DNA of 60,226 nucleotides, counting the filler, from Jimgerdemannia flammicorona (taxonomy: Eukaryota): assembly GCA_003990765.1 (NCBI GenBank). It is 3 parts of 3 records of this genome, joined end to end, with 100 filler letters (N's around TTAATTAATTAA, not from the genome) between each part and the next. Parts side by side here need not be neighbours in the genome. Positions count along the whole stretch, not along the records: positions 20,116 to 40,125 come from RBNJ01001781.1; positions 40,226 to 60,226 come from RBNJ01001782.1; 1 more part is not named here. One strand, 5' to 3'. Under the pieces are notes generated by a model. That model did not search any database. It was given only the letters and a program-made list of their open reading frames with translations, and was not told the DNA's origin. Below, piece by piece: positions 36,705 to 48,741 of this stretch. The position numbers were made by a program, and so were the translations under genes. Each line of letters opens with the position of its first letter. Within the stretch, counting starts at the first letter, position 1.

Positions 36705-39700
36705 ACATCTTTCTCCAGTAACATTCAGGTTACATAACTTTCTGGCAATACTTACAACACTATTTTTGGAGAAAAGATACTAGTATCATGGCAACCAATG
36801 AGCATTCTAAGGTGTGTGACCCTGGTGTATTTGACTGCAGTATGTGAGGAGGGGCCCCAGCTTGAGAAGAGGCATGAGGGGCCTACTGGCAGAAGGACAT
36901 GGTAGGGGAGAGGGCAGTGCTGACAGAGAGGGTGAGCTTCTTGGAGAAGGTGAAAGGGGGTCAGCAGAGAGTTGGGCTAGAGAGTTGGCTGAGGGGGGGT
37001 AAGGTGATGGGAGAGAGAGCCAGAGTAGTGAGACTGGTGGTGTAGTAGCTGAGAGGGTGACTGCTAATGGGAGTGTGATGGACAATCTGGAAAAAAATCC
37101 AGATGGGACTGCTGATAGTGTACTGAGTAGTGGGGTGGGCATGAGGCCTCTGATGGTATAATGGGACTGGTGGTGGTACTATTACTCAAGAAGTTGATCT
37201 CAAAATTCGCAGTCACCCTGTGCTTCAGGGGCTTAGTAGTGATGGTGAAAATGTTTCTGGGACTGATTGTGAAGCAGGTGGAAGACACAGCTTCAGTTAA
37301 GTTCTTGAAGGACCTGAAAGGGGTGGAGGTGGGCTTTGAGGAGGCAGGGCTACTAGAGAAGACACTGAAGGCTGGGTTGATAGTGAGGGAGGTATGTGTC
37401 CCAATAGCATGGTGCTTGAGATAGGACTCCAGAGTGGTGCAGTTCCTGGTGAAGGGAGTGTCTGCAGTGACTGCTGTGGAAACAAGGAGGAGAGTTGAGG
37501 AGGTCATGGCTGAATATAGAGAGATGGTCAATATAGAGTTTAGGGTCTGAGAAGGGACCACCTTTGGAACAGAGGATATTGATGTCCAGATTCAGCTGGC
37601 AGAGAGAGAGGCTACTGGCAGGGCATGTGATTGGCCTTCAGTGATAATGTGGGGAGCTTTTGTATGTAAGGTGATGAGAGTAAAGAGGAGTGAGGAGGAG
37701 GAGGAAGACCTGTTGGAGGTGCTGGAGGAGCTGAGTGATGTGGTAGAGTGAAGGGCAAAGTCTTGGAAGGTGTATGTGGAGTCAATATACTTCGAGATTA
37801 TTGATGGGAAGCAGGTCTGTATTGACAAGGGGCTGTGGAAGAGGACTCCAGGTCACAGAAGGCAGAGGGAGTTGCTGGTGAGTCTGGATGTAAAGAAGAT
37901 AAAGGCTGCTGATGGTAGTGAGGATGCTGAGGGAGCTTTGGCAAGTGTCTGGGCTGGGGGACAATGGGAGAATTTGGAGGTGGGTCTGGAGGAGGCCCAG
38001 AAGGCACTAAGCAAGGACTCATATAAAAAGTATGTTTGAAGTCTGGGAGCAATCTCCTACACCTTCCCCTCTGATGAGATGAGGACCAGCTGCAAGGGGC
38101 TAAGCAGCAGAGAATGTATTCATGTGTGGTATACTTTGGGATTCCTGAGGTGGTGAAAGGTGGACAAGTGGTGGCAGTTGGAGAGGAGGAACTGGTAGAT
38201 GTCCCAGAGGAGGGGTGGAATGAGACTGCAAGTGTGGGAGAGGCTATCTCAATGCTGAGTAGTAGATGGCCTGCGACCCCTGTGGGAAAGAAAGTGGGGA
38301 ATCTACTGTGAATGTGCCAGATGATAAATAATCTTATAGTGGAGGGGCTGGGAGAAGAGGACCTGAGAGTGATGAGTGATGAGCACTGGGTAAGGATCAT
38401 ATATGGTGATAGAGTGGTAGAGGTGTTGAGGGAGAGATACTGGTGGTTTTTCTGAAGGAGGAAGGGTATGAGCTGACCAAGGAGAGGGAGGCTGAGCTGG
38501 TGGTTATTGCTGGTGAGCAGGCCATTTACTGCTGGGGAAAGCATCATAGTTTACAGCTCTAGCAGGAGGCCTGCCTGGAGTATTGTGAGGATTTTGAGGA
38601 AAGGAGGATGGGGAAATGGCCGAGTTATTAGAGGGATTAGAAACCAAGAGGGCTGAGGAGAAGGTGGTGTCTGCTAAATACAACCTGGACTTGGTAAGAG
38701 AGGTGAGGGATATGGAGCAGTACAGGATGTGTTTTCAACTTTATAATATTTCTTATAAACAGTACAATCAACATTTTCTCTCTCAATATGAATAGGTGAT
38801 AGGGTTCATATCGGTGTCAGAACATTTTTGCTTGACTGAAGGAACTGGAGGCTGATCTCTTTCCTTTGCAGGATATCAGATGTGAGGATGATTTAGATAG
38901 ATAGGAGTGGACTAAGAAATGGTGAAGAGAGGCAGTATAGAAAGGCAAGATGGGGATTCTGGTGACTAGAGGGGGACTTGGGCTCATTGACTTCCTGAAG
39001 AAGTTGTACTGTCTGAGAGCATGGTGGCTGAAGAGGGCTGTTGAGCTAGAGGGTGGCAGCTGGGTTCCTCTGTTGAAGAAAGTCTGGAAGATGAGGTCCT
39101 CTTCAAGAGGATCCACAGGAGATCTACTATCCTGGTGAGGCTTCAGAATAATGAGCACATGTGGTATAAGGGCTTCTGGTGGGGAGTCACTGATGGGGTG
39201 CACTGCATAGACATTCATTGGCAGAGAGGTAAAGGAGAAAGGTATTGGGACCCAGTAATGTAGAGTGCTGCTGGGAGGTATTCAACTCAGAGACTTTGAT
39301 ATTAGTGCTAGGGTTGAGTGCTACAGTAAATTGGGGTAGGATCTGTTGCCTAGTAGATGGCAGTTGGTAGGTATTGGTGAAAAATGCAACTGGAACAGAA
39401 TATGGAACAGGAGTGCTGAGGTTCGGCAGTGGCTGCCCCCAAAGTATTAAGTGGTCTGGTGGTACATGTTGAGGAGAAATGTTATACTCAACTTTTGCAC
39501 TGGCCACCTAGTGGAAGGGAGAACATTTGACTGTGAGGAGTGCTATAATGTTGGACAGGAAGGGGGTTTTTTACAGATGTCTGAACATTGGCTAGGGGAG
39601 AGCAAGGTGCTCAGTGATTTCTAGATAGTGGTTGGGAAGAGATTTGATATTATGTGGAGGGGAGATGGTGTGAGGAATCAGTGGGAGGATTTGCCAGATA

Positions 39701-40125
39701 GATTGGTGGGAGGGAGTGGCAGACTTTAGGGAGGGTGTTGGCTGTATGGGTAGGGTTGGCAGGGCACTGGCTCTTTGTATTTGAGGATGGGAGACATCTG
39801 AGTTTAGAGGCATGACTGTTGCAATTGGATGGACTGATGGAGGATATTCTGAAGGGTTGGTGGCATGGGTGGAGACTGCAGGGTGGTTGGTGGCATTATT
39901 TCAGAGAAGATATGTAGACAGAGTGGGGGGAGAGTGGGGGTTATGGGAGATAGGGTGATTTTCAAGCACCAAGGGGTGGGGGGGAGGGGGTGGTTCTCTT
40001 AGGGAGATTAGGTAGCGGGAATATGGAGATTGGGTAGGGGGAGTATGGGGATTGGATAGTGTGAGGAAATAATGTAATCTAATATATAGACTGGTAATAA
40101 ATGAGGAGTCTTTAAAAAGAAAAAA
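36705..40125 (+). mobile_element. LINE copy C with a ~2.4-kb internal deletion removing RT
   Basis: Same 5' motif; ORF1 remnant; near 38960 the APE sequence GKMGILV joins directly to post-RT TRGGLGLIDF; A-rich tail at the contig end. Confidence 0.88.
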
Positions 40126-40225
40126 NNNNNNNNNNNNNNNNNNNNNNNNNNNNNNNNNNNNNNNNNNNNTTAATTAATTAANNNNNNNNNNNNNNNNNNN
40201 NNNNNNNNNNNNNNNNNNNNNNNNN
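40126..40225. other. Artificial contig spacer (N run with TTAATTAATTAA)
   Basis: Identical design to 20016-20115. Confidence 0.98.
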
Positions 40226-40256
<31 letters not shown>

Positions 40257-41539
40257 AAGACTGGAGAATAATTCAAGGTATATCTTTAGTGACTGAGCTA
40301 TTAAGTTAGTATATTATATAGCAGAGATCTCAAAAGAAACAGAAGTAAGCCTTTATAAGTATTCTTATATAACTTAACTATATACATATATTATGACAAG
40401 TAGCAGAAATTATACTACTAAAAAACATTATAACTATATATCATACTGAGTATATAAAAAACAGTCAAATATATCTGAGTATACAAAAAGACAATCAAAT
40501 ATATCTGAGCATACAAAAGACAGTCAAATATATTATATAATTAGCTAAACATATCAGAAAGAGTATCTATATAGAGTCTGAATACTTATATAGAATTAAA
40601 AATATCTTCTATAAATAGTCTTCTATAATTAGCCATATAGTAACTAGGTAGCAACCAACTTATATAAAATACCCCAGAGATAAGAGTGAATAAATCTTAG
40701 TTCAAAATTCAAAGTAAAAGATAAGTCTGCCTATCATACTTCAAGAGGAATTCTACAGCCACTGCTAGGAAATTGTGAGCTTACTTTCTACTCTGGTCCA
40801 CTTTTCAATACAAAGAAGAGTTTGTTATATTTTTAGTTCACTTGCTAGATAAGCCTGAAGAATCTGAGAAATCTACCAAGTTCAAGAAAGAACTTTGCTG
40901 TCATTTGAGAAGAATCTGCTATTTCTAGAAAAGTCTATATAAGAATCTTGTCACAAGCCAGTCTGTTGATGCAACTTTGCAATAGAGCCAGTCTATGATA
41001 TAACTCTGTGCAAATAAAGCTAGTCTTTGATATAACTTATCAAGAATCTACAATATTTAAGTTATCTAAGTTATCTACTATCTAAGTTATTTATCCATTC
41101 TTAGTGAGTCTAATTTAGAAGAATCTGTACTATTTGCTATTTTCAGAAAGCCACTAATTCAGAAGAATCCACACTCAAATTAAGTTAACTACTAAATTAA
41201 CAGACTATTATATATAAGAAAACTGCTATACTATATAAAAGATCATTATGTAGAAGATTATATACTTTTAGAAATATGATCATTATGTAGAAATTATATA
41301 CTTTTGGAGATCTCTATACTATATAGAAATTATTCATTAACCAAGAAGAAAAATATACAAAATCACTACTATACTCAAGAACTATCTCAATAAAGAAATC
41401 ACTTATAGATATTTAGCTTTGACTATTATACCACTAAATACCAAGAACCTCAGAAATTATAGAACATTTAATTACTTTTTGATAAAGTAACTGAGGGTTC
41501 AAGCCAAACTATATCAATCCCCAATCTTGTAATTTACCT

Positions 41540-42893
41540 TTATTTATTTATTTTATTTTATTTTATTTTTTTTAATGGACTCAATGTCTCACAGATTTTT
41601 ATTGGAAGGGAACCTAGACTATATAGGTCAAAACTCTCCCCCACTACTCATCAAGCACTGCTCCCTCATTAACCTAGGCTAGCTATTGTCCAGCAGCTTG
41701 ACCTAGTACTCTCAACAAATTGAATTGAATCAAATTTGGCCCAAACTCGATTCGATTCAATCGAATCAAGGGTCCAATTCGATTCGACTCATTTAACCCT
41801 CAATTCGATTTGATTTGAATTGATTTGACTCGTTTGAGAGCACTAGCTTGACCATATCAGGTGCAGCAGGGCCTATATTGGCCTGTACCTCATTCTATAT
41901 ACCATACTCTTCCTACTATCAGGAGGAATCCAGCCATATGCCAACAACTGAAAGCATATGTCCAAGACCCCAATGCATATATAAGACCATGCTCAAGCCA
42001 AATAGAATAGTCCCTGCCACCTCAAAGAGAATGATAGATAAAGAAAAAACTCTCATCAAAGTATATCATAGTGGATAGAGCCTAGTTCTCTCAGTTGAGA
42101 TAAGTAAAGAACTTATATGTGAGGTGAGAGAAGACCCCCAATATCCCACTACTCAAGCTTGTAGACCTTGATCATATTGCCATATCAGCTCCCAGTTTCA
42201 GTTGAGTGTAGCTAAGACACCTAAAATGGGTAGCCTCAGGCCCCCTGACCCCCTCCAATGACCAGGGCCTAATCTGCCAAATCACTAAAAGAAGCCAAGA
42301 GTGATACCTACTATCTAACTACTCTACATCAATCAAAAGGCCCCACTGAAGCAGTACCTACCCCAACCCCAATAACTGCCCCCAGCCTGGTACCCTACTG
42401 GTTCACCATAATTACCCTTCCTCCTATCTGTAATGACTATCTCTCCTCCCATTCTGACAACACCCAAAAAGCAGTCACCTATGTCAGAATTATGCTCACT
42501 GGGAAGCTTGCCAAAGCCAGAGGGCTCTACTATAGGTACTGAGGACCTGCAGATAACCTATACTGAGCACTTGATACCCAAGGTCAGCCAACTCTCTATG
42601 TATTCTGTGATACACCAAGACAGCACCTTGTTGGTGATGGCAAAAAGAAGAAGGCATTACATTAAAATAGATATACTTCAGATATAGCTGAAGGCACTAG
42701 AAACTATAAAAAAAGTGGAGAAGACACTGATCTGATACTGATAAAGGGGCAACTCATCACTATTGTCTTCCCCCGACTCTTACAATAGATACAGCAAACT
42801 AACCTGAGATAGAGAGAGTAATAGTTGTGGAAAGTAGACTCAGAAGGTTGCCTATCAAACTATTGTGCCTGGTAAGATAGCAGAGAAAGGGCA
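41540..42893 (-). mobile_element. ~1.2-kb non-autonomous poly(A) retroposon, copy 2 (carries a hAT MITE)
   Basis: T-rich tail at 41540; 11-bp TSD gtaatttacct / gtaatttatct; empty site in Gy-D copy 1 near 33076. Confidence 0.88.
41704..41845. mobile_element. 142-bp hAT MITE
   Basis: TIRs tagtactctcaa / ttgagagcacta; perfect 8-bp TSD gcttgacc; ttcga/ttga subterminal repeats; empty site in copy 1 near 29685. Confidence 0.95.
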
Positions 42894-43889
42894 GTAATTT
42901 ATCTCTATTGAGCTAGGTATACATATTATATTTGAAGGCTCAACTGGAAAGATTTCAAAATTGACAAGACTTTTCAGCTCACAAGAACTCACAGTCAAAC
43001 TGGATATATTTTATATAATACCAATCTCTGTCACTACAAGAGAACCAGTTGTCACTAGCATTTGGATAAAAAGAAAAGTAATTACTTCAAGACTTGCCAA
43101 CTACCCAGCATTAGAAGGATCCCAACCAGATACTAGTATAGCCTGAAATCCTCAATCAGATCAACTAGATAATATAGGTAGCTCTGTTGAAAACTTTGAA
43201 GAGCTTACACAAGAACTAGAAGATCTCATTACATGAGTTCAGTATCCTATAGCCAGATACCCCACAGAGGCCTCACTAATCTCACTCATTGAACCTTTAC
43301 CACCAGCTCTTGCAGAATTAGAAGTAGCTTCTTTAAGAATATCTAGGCTCATTCTACTTTATCTGAGGTCCATAATACCATTCTTAAGATACCCAAGCAC
43401 TCCCATCTCCAGTAATAGTTCAGAAAATGAACCAGAGTCAAAATCTGAATCAGAATCTGGACCAGAACCAGAATTAAAAGAAAGTGACAATAAAATGACC
43501 ACCCTATTGCCAATCTTTACAGAATATCCAGAGGAAGATCCTAGAGAATTCCTTGATAGAATTGAGGGAATTATAGCCCTGAGGAATCTTTCAGATAAAA
43601 GAAAAATTACTATCTATAAGGCCCAGCTCAGAGAACCAGTTAGAGGAATTTTCCACTGAGTAACAAATGACCAATATTTAGAACTTATAATAGAAATACA
43701 AGCAGCAGTATCTTATCAACTAGAATATATAGCCATGGTCTACTGACTTATTGAAAAATATACAGGAAATGAAACCTACCACAAGGCTCAATAGAAATAA
43801 AGATGAATATCAGAGAATTACCCAGAGAATTTTTTATCAGAATCCAGAAGAGAATATATACAATAGGATTTAGTGCTGCTAACCAAAAC

Positions 43890-44590
43890 TATAAGTGCAC
43901 AACCTCTAAGCCACCAAAATCGCATGGCATCCTCAGAACTAATTTGAAAACCACATGTGAGACTACAAAACAAGAGATCATCTGGTTACACGAAATATGC
44001 CAGCAAGCACAAGAACCCACTGCCAAGATACAAGAATACTAGAAAAAGTACTACAACCATAAGACTGACTCTGAACTGCTATAACTAGTTTGGTATACTA
44101 TACTATTACAAAAGGAAACCGAAAGTACCAAACTCAAATTGAGACAAGAAGAACTCTATCTCATCTACCAAAAGGTTCACGAACAGCACTTATCAACTCA
44201 AGACCAAGATATACTGTAAGACCTCATTACTTAGCAGAAGTAAAATGCATTTGAATAACTCTATTTGCTCTATCTGTATCACCTCCATTGGAGAGTGACA
44301 GATGCTTCATCTGAACTCAAGAAAGCCAACAACATTGAAACCAATCTCAAGCCATCCATGTCACAGATATTACTACTAGAAATTGTCTTGGATTACAGAA
44401 AATATCATTTCCAAAAGATTCGAACCCCCAGCCGTGACATTGAGAGCCCTCGCCCTAGATGAGAATGGCCAGTCCTTATAAATGTGCCAACAGACCAAAA
44501 AAAAAGAGAACCAAGACCTGTTACTCTTGTACAACCACCACCACCAAGAACAGCCTTAATCTTACAAGAGATAGAAGTGACGACACCTTG
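43890..44590 (+). pseudogene. Accessory ORF remnant within Gy-C U3 (also present in the 3' LTR)
   Basis: One frame from the first LTR base; stops at 44217, 44256 and 44460 are CAA in the 3' LTR; contains EELYLIYQKVHEQHLSTQDQDIL; 3' end approximate. Confidence 0.65.
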
Positions 44591-45348
44591 AAACTAATGA
44601 TGTCAGAAGTCAGAAAACTGCTCAGACTTTGCCAGTGATGATGTCATCAATAGTGATGTCATCAAAGACTACCCAGACAGTGCCTAAACCTATAAATAGC
44701 CTAAAACAGTCATAGTATAGTTAGATTAGCCTTGTACGATGTAACTGTGAACTGACTCAGCAGTCAGACAATCTCTTGACATATCAGATCACACTTGTAC
44801 TACATGACTGCATTCCAACTCAGCAAAGCACTTAGTGCTACATCCATATCTAGCATAGTCCAGATAGCCCCTCACTAGTATAAATACCCACTCCCCCAGA
44901 TCTAAACAGACTCAAATATATAAGAACATTTCTAAATACTTTCCTACAATATCCCTTCACATAACTACATATCATGAATAGCAAATAAACCTATTTAATA
45001 ACTCACAAATCACCCTTAAGTAAATCCACTACCCATTAGGTCCCACTCCTAACCCTGTCACGAAATTTCCTAATTGGGTATTGTCTGCAGCAAATATGCC
45101 AATTCAACTAAGCTGGTCTTAGTTTCTTGAACCTCCTGAAATATGGAAAATCCTAAACATCCAGAACTAGTCCGAAAAAGGACTTTGGTTGAGACGTCAA
45201 CCCGATCTTGAAATCAATAAGCATAGAGGACATACTCTATATGAAATTGATCTTAACCATAAGAAAACAGTCTTCCAGAATATCCAGAACCTCCAGAAAA
45301 CCTTTCCAGAACTATGTAATGGTTACCCTAAAAAGCAACCCTCTTACA
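43890..45348 (+). repeat. Gy-C 5' LTR
   Basis: Direct repeat of 48742-50201; TA (decayed TG)...CA; TATA-like boxes near 44691 and 44879. Confidence 0.95.
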
Positions 45349-45351
45349 ACT

Positions 45352-45360
45352 TGGTAGCAG
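45352..45360 (+). promoter_or_regulatory. Gy-C primer binding site, initiator-Met tRNA type
   Basis: tggtagcag 3 nt after the LTR; TGGTAGC is the usual iMet PBS start. Confidence 0.8.
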
Positions 45361-48300
45361 CAGTTTACAATCCAATTCCACTTCAAGATGCTTTCTCACC
45401 CCACTACAAACCCTTCTGAGAATTCCTACAAGTTGGTATAAAGCCCAACCTCTGAACTGAAATTTATCCTGAACTATCTAACAATCTGAAGAGAATTGAA
45501 CCTAATGTACAAGGACAATTTGACCTCCACATCTATAACAAGTGGGATAAACTTCATTCAAAGAAAGAAGTACTCCGGTTAAACCAGCAAATAGGTGAAA
45601 CCCTATTCACCGAACTCCTTGCACTACACCCAGCAAGTTAAGACGAAGAAGGTCTTATTGAAGCCTTTTTTACTCTTCTCAATAAGAGTTTTGTTAGCTC
45701 TACAAACCCGAGTGACCTAGGACAACCAGCAGCAGTCTTTCTAGCCTTAGTTCCTCATGAAGCCCAAGCCTCTGTAGCCAAGTGGCTCAACTCTACCGAT
45801 TTTCACCATACTAGGACCAAGACTGCATTATACTACTAATTCCAGAACAGCAAGGCCTGCCATATTCTTAAGGAAGAAGTAAGAGAAACCCTTCATCAAC
45901 TACCTGACCCCGAATCTGAAGCAGGCCCTGCTACAGCCCTATCTGAATCTGAAACCAATACTGAACCTGAACTTGACTTTGAATTAAGTCCATCTGAAAT
46001 CAGATATATAACTGATTCCATCTACTTTAATGCTGAGCAAACCCAATTACATGAGGACCAAACTGAAGAAGAGGAGGAGTATCTCAGTGGATTCAATCCT
46101 AGATACACCACTGAAGGAGAAGCACCTTCATCAGGATAGAATATACCTACACAGCAATAAATAGCTATCTATCAAGCCCTCACTCCAGACCCACAACTAC
46201 TATTCCAGCAACTTACACAGACCCAAAGAACTCTATCACACTCTGCACCAGTACCTCAAGTAGTACCAGTAACACTACTACTAGCAGCCCATCCACCTCT
46301 AGTAAACAACATGGCAAACCAACAGATTCTAGACCTCACAGCCCAGGTAGCCATAATGGCAGCAACCATTACTGTCTTAGCTGAACAGACCCAACCTACC
46401 AAAAATCTGAGTCTATCTACCTTCAATAGTACTACACAAGAAGTCCAAAGCTTCATTAGTATAGTTGACACCAACTTCGAAGCCAATCAATGGATCAATG
46501 AGCAAGTTGCTGACTGCATTCTGACAAACAATCAAGACCATACTCTGGAACAACTCTTTGCTACAACTACAGCCTATGTCTGCTGAGTTGTTACATTCTT
46601 CCAAGGACCTGCCAAAGAATAGTGGCAAACCCTTCCTGAAAAACCCCTCACATGGGATACCCGATCTGCAGTAGTTGCTCAGAATGCAGCAAACAATGCC
46701 CCAGGATATGGAGCCCATCCTGCAGCCCCTAGACTTAAATAACTCATGATTGCTCAATACTGCAGTGAAACCATGATTGCCAAATCTCGAGTAAAACTCT
46801 GCAACCTCAAATTTGATGTATATGGCAAAGAAGAATTTGAAACCTTCTGTACAAAACTTGAGTCACTCCTGAACACTGTTGGTCTAGGATATATTGCCAA
46901 TGATAAAGCATGAAATTGTACAAGAGCAGACCATTTATTCGATGCCCTGCCCAAATGGCTTATTAGAAAAATCTGAGAACAAGGCCACCCAGTTGGTTGT
47001 GATCACCAACAATGGTGCCTAGCAAGAATCAAGACCATGGTCAAGTGAATCCTAACAGCTGGACCAATTCTGCCCTAAAGACAATTCAACAATAAGGAAA
47101 AGACTTGGACCAAGAAAGAAGAACCCAAACATGAAGTATCCCAAGCTCCCTCCACATCCACCTCTTGGACACCCAGAAATCATGAGCCCACTCAACCGAG
47201 TACCTCCAAGAAACTTACTGAAGGCGAAAAGAATGAACTTTGAAGAAGCAGAGTATGCTTCTATTGCCAAAAGACAGGACATATGGCCAGTGCCTGCCCT
47301 AACCAAAAACCCCAAACAGCAACAAGAGCAACTGTTACTACTCTGCACCACCTCAACAACCTGACCACCAGAACACTAGACTTTGTGAAGTTAAGATAAA
47401 CTGCTAAGGCCCCAACCAAAGGAAGCCAAAAAGCAGCTGGATATGACCTGTATACAGCCGAAGAAGCTATAGTTTCCAACCGAGAAGTCAAACAAGTCTA
47501 CACAGAAATCAGTATCCAAATCTCTGAAGGATATGTTAGAAGAATATGCTGTTGCAGCAGCCTAGCATTGAAAGGACTCTCAGTAGAAGGAGGAGTCATT
47601 GATGAGGATTACACAGACGAAATTATTATCCTCATCCGAAACCACAGTTAGATACCCTTCAAGATCCCTATTGGTTTCTGCATCACCCAGATCCTATTTG
47701 AAAAAATTGAGTCAACCCTGACAGTCAAGGAAGTCCCTGAACTACTGCCCACCATCTGAGGATCCAAAGGATTTGGCTCATCAAACAAGGCCCCAGCCCA
47801 ACCTACCATGAGCAAAGAAGAATAATTCTATAAGAAGATCGAAGATGGATATGTACCAAGTGGCTGATGCCCTCATAGCATTGGAATGTACTCTTCTCGA
47901 ATGATTGATGATTGCTTCTCTTGTATCAATGAACTGGCACAAAGAAGAACCAATAGAAGGAAAGCTTCTACAACTGAAATCACCACCATTGGATCAGACA
48001 AACTGCTCACACTTAAGGCTTTTGTCAACCGAGCACCTGTCAAGATTATGATAGACAGTAGTGCCTCAGGCAACTTCATCAGTGAAGAGACAGCCAACAG
48101 ATTTAAGGTCTTCACCTCTCCAGTATAACAAACTCAAGCAGTTGCTACAGCTGATGGAACCTCACATGTTATTAGCAAAGAAGTCTGCAATCTACCCTTC
48201 TGAATTGGTGACTACCAAGTACATGTTACCCTCCAGATTGTACCACTTCCTGACAACAAAATCATCCTTAGAACCCCATGGTTAAAACAAGAGAACCTCA

Positions 48301-48727
48301 TGATCGATTGGATAAACTATTCTCTGACCATCAAGAAAGGATGCCATAACTTCAAACTACAAGATGAAAAGGACCCACTTAATTCTGGTGACCCTAGACC
48401 AAAGATCACCCTTATCAACAAGCTACAACTCAAGAAATTGGCCAAGAAATGCCCTCTCTTCACCATCTCCATCTGCCCATCCAAAGGAGAACCTGAGAAC
48501 TCTGAAGAAGATTTTTCCAAAGTTGACAGCCATGTCAGACCACTACTCCAGAAAGCCCAAGACACATTTCTGAACCGAACCACAGAATCACCTATATCTG
48601 TCATTATTAATGACTAAGAAGAATACAAAGTTGAACAAATCCTCAACAAACACAGCCACAAGAACCATCCAAATGGTACAATAACACCAGAACAAATTAG
48701 AAGGCCCTGATGAGGATATCGAAAGCT

Positions 48728-48741
48728 AAGAAGGGGAGAGT
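48728..48741 (+). promoter_or_regulatory. Gy-C polypurine tract
   Basis: aagaaggggagagt immediately before the 3' LTR TG. Confidence 0.88.
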
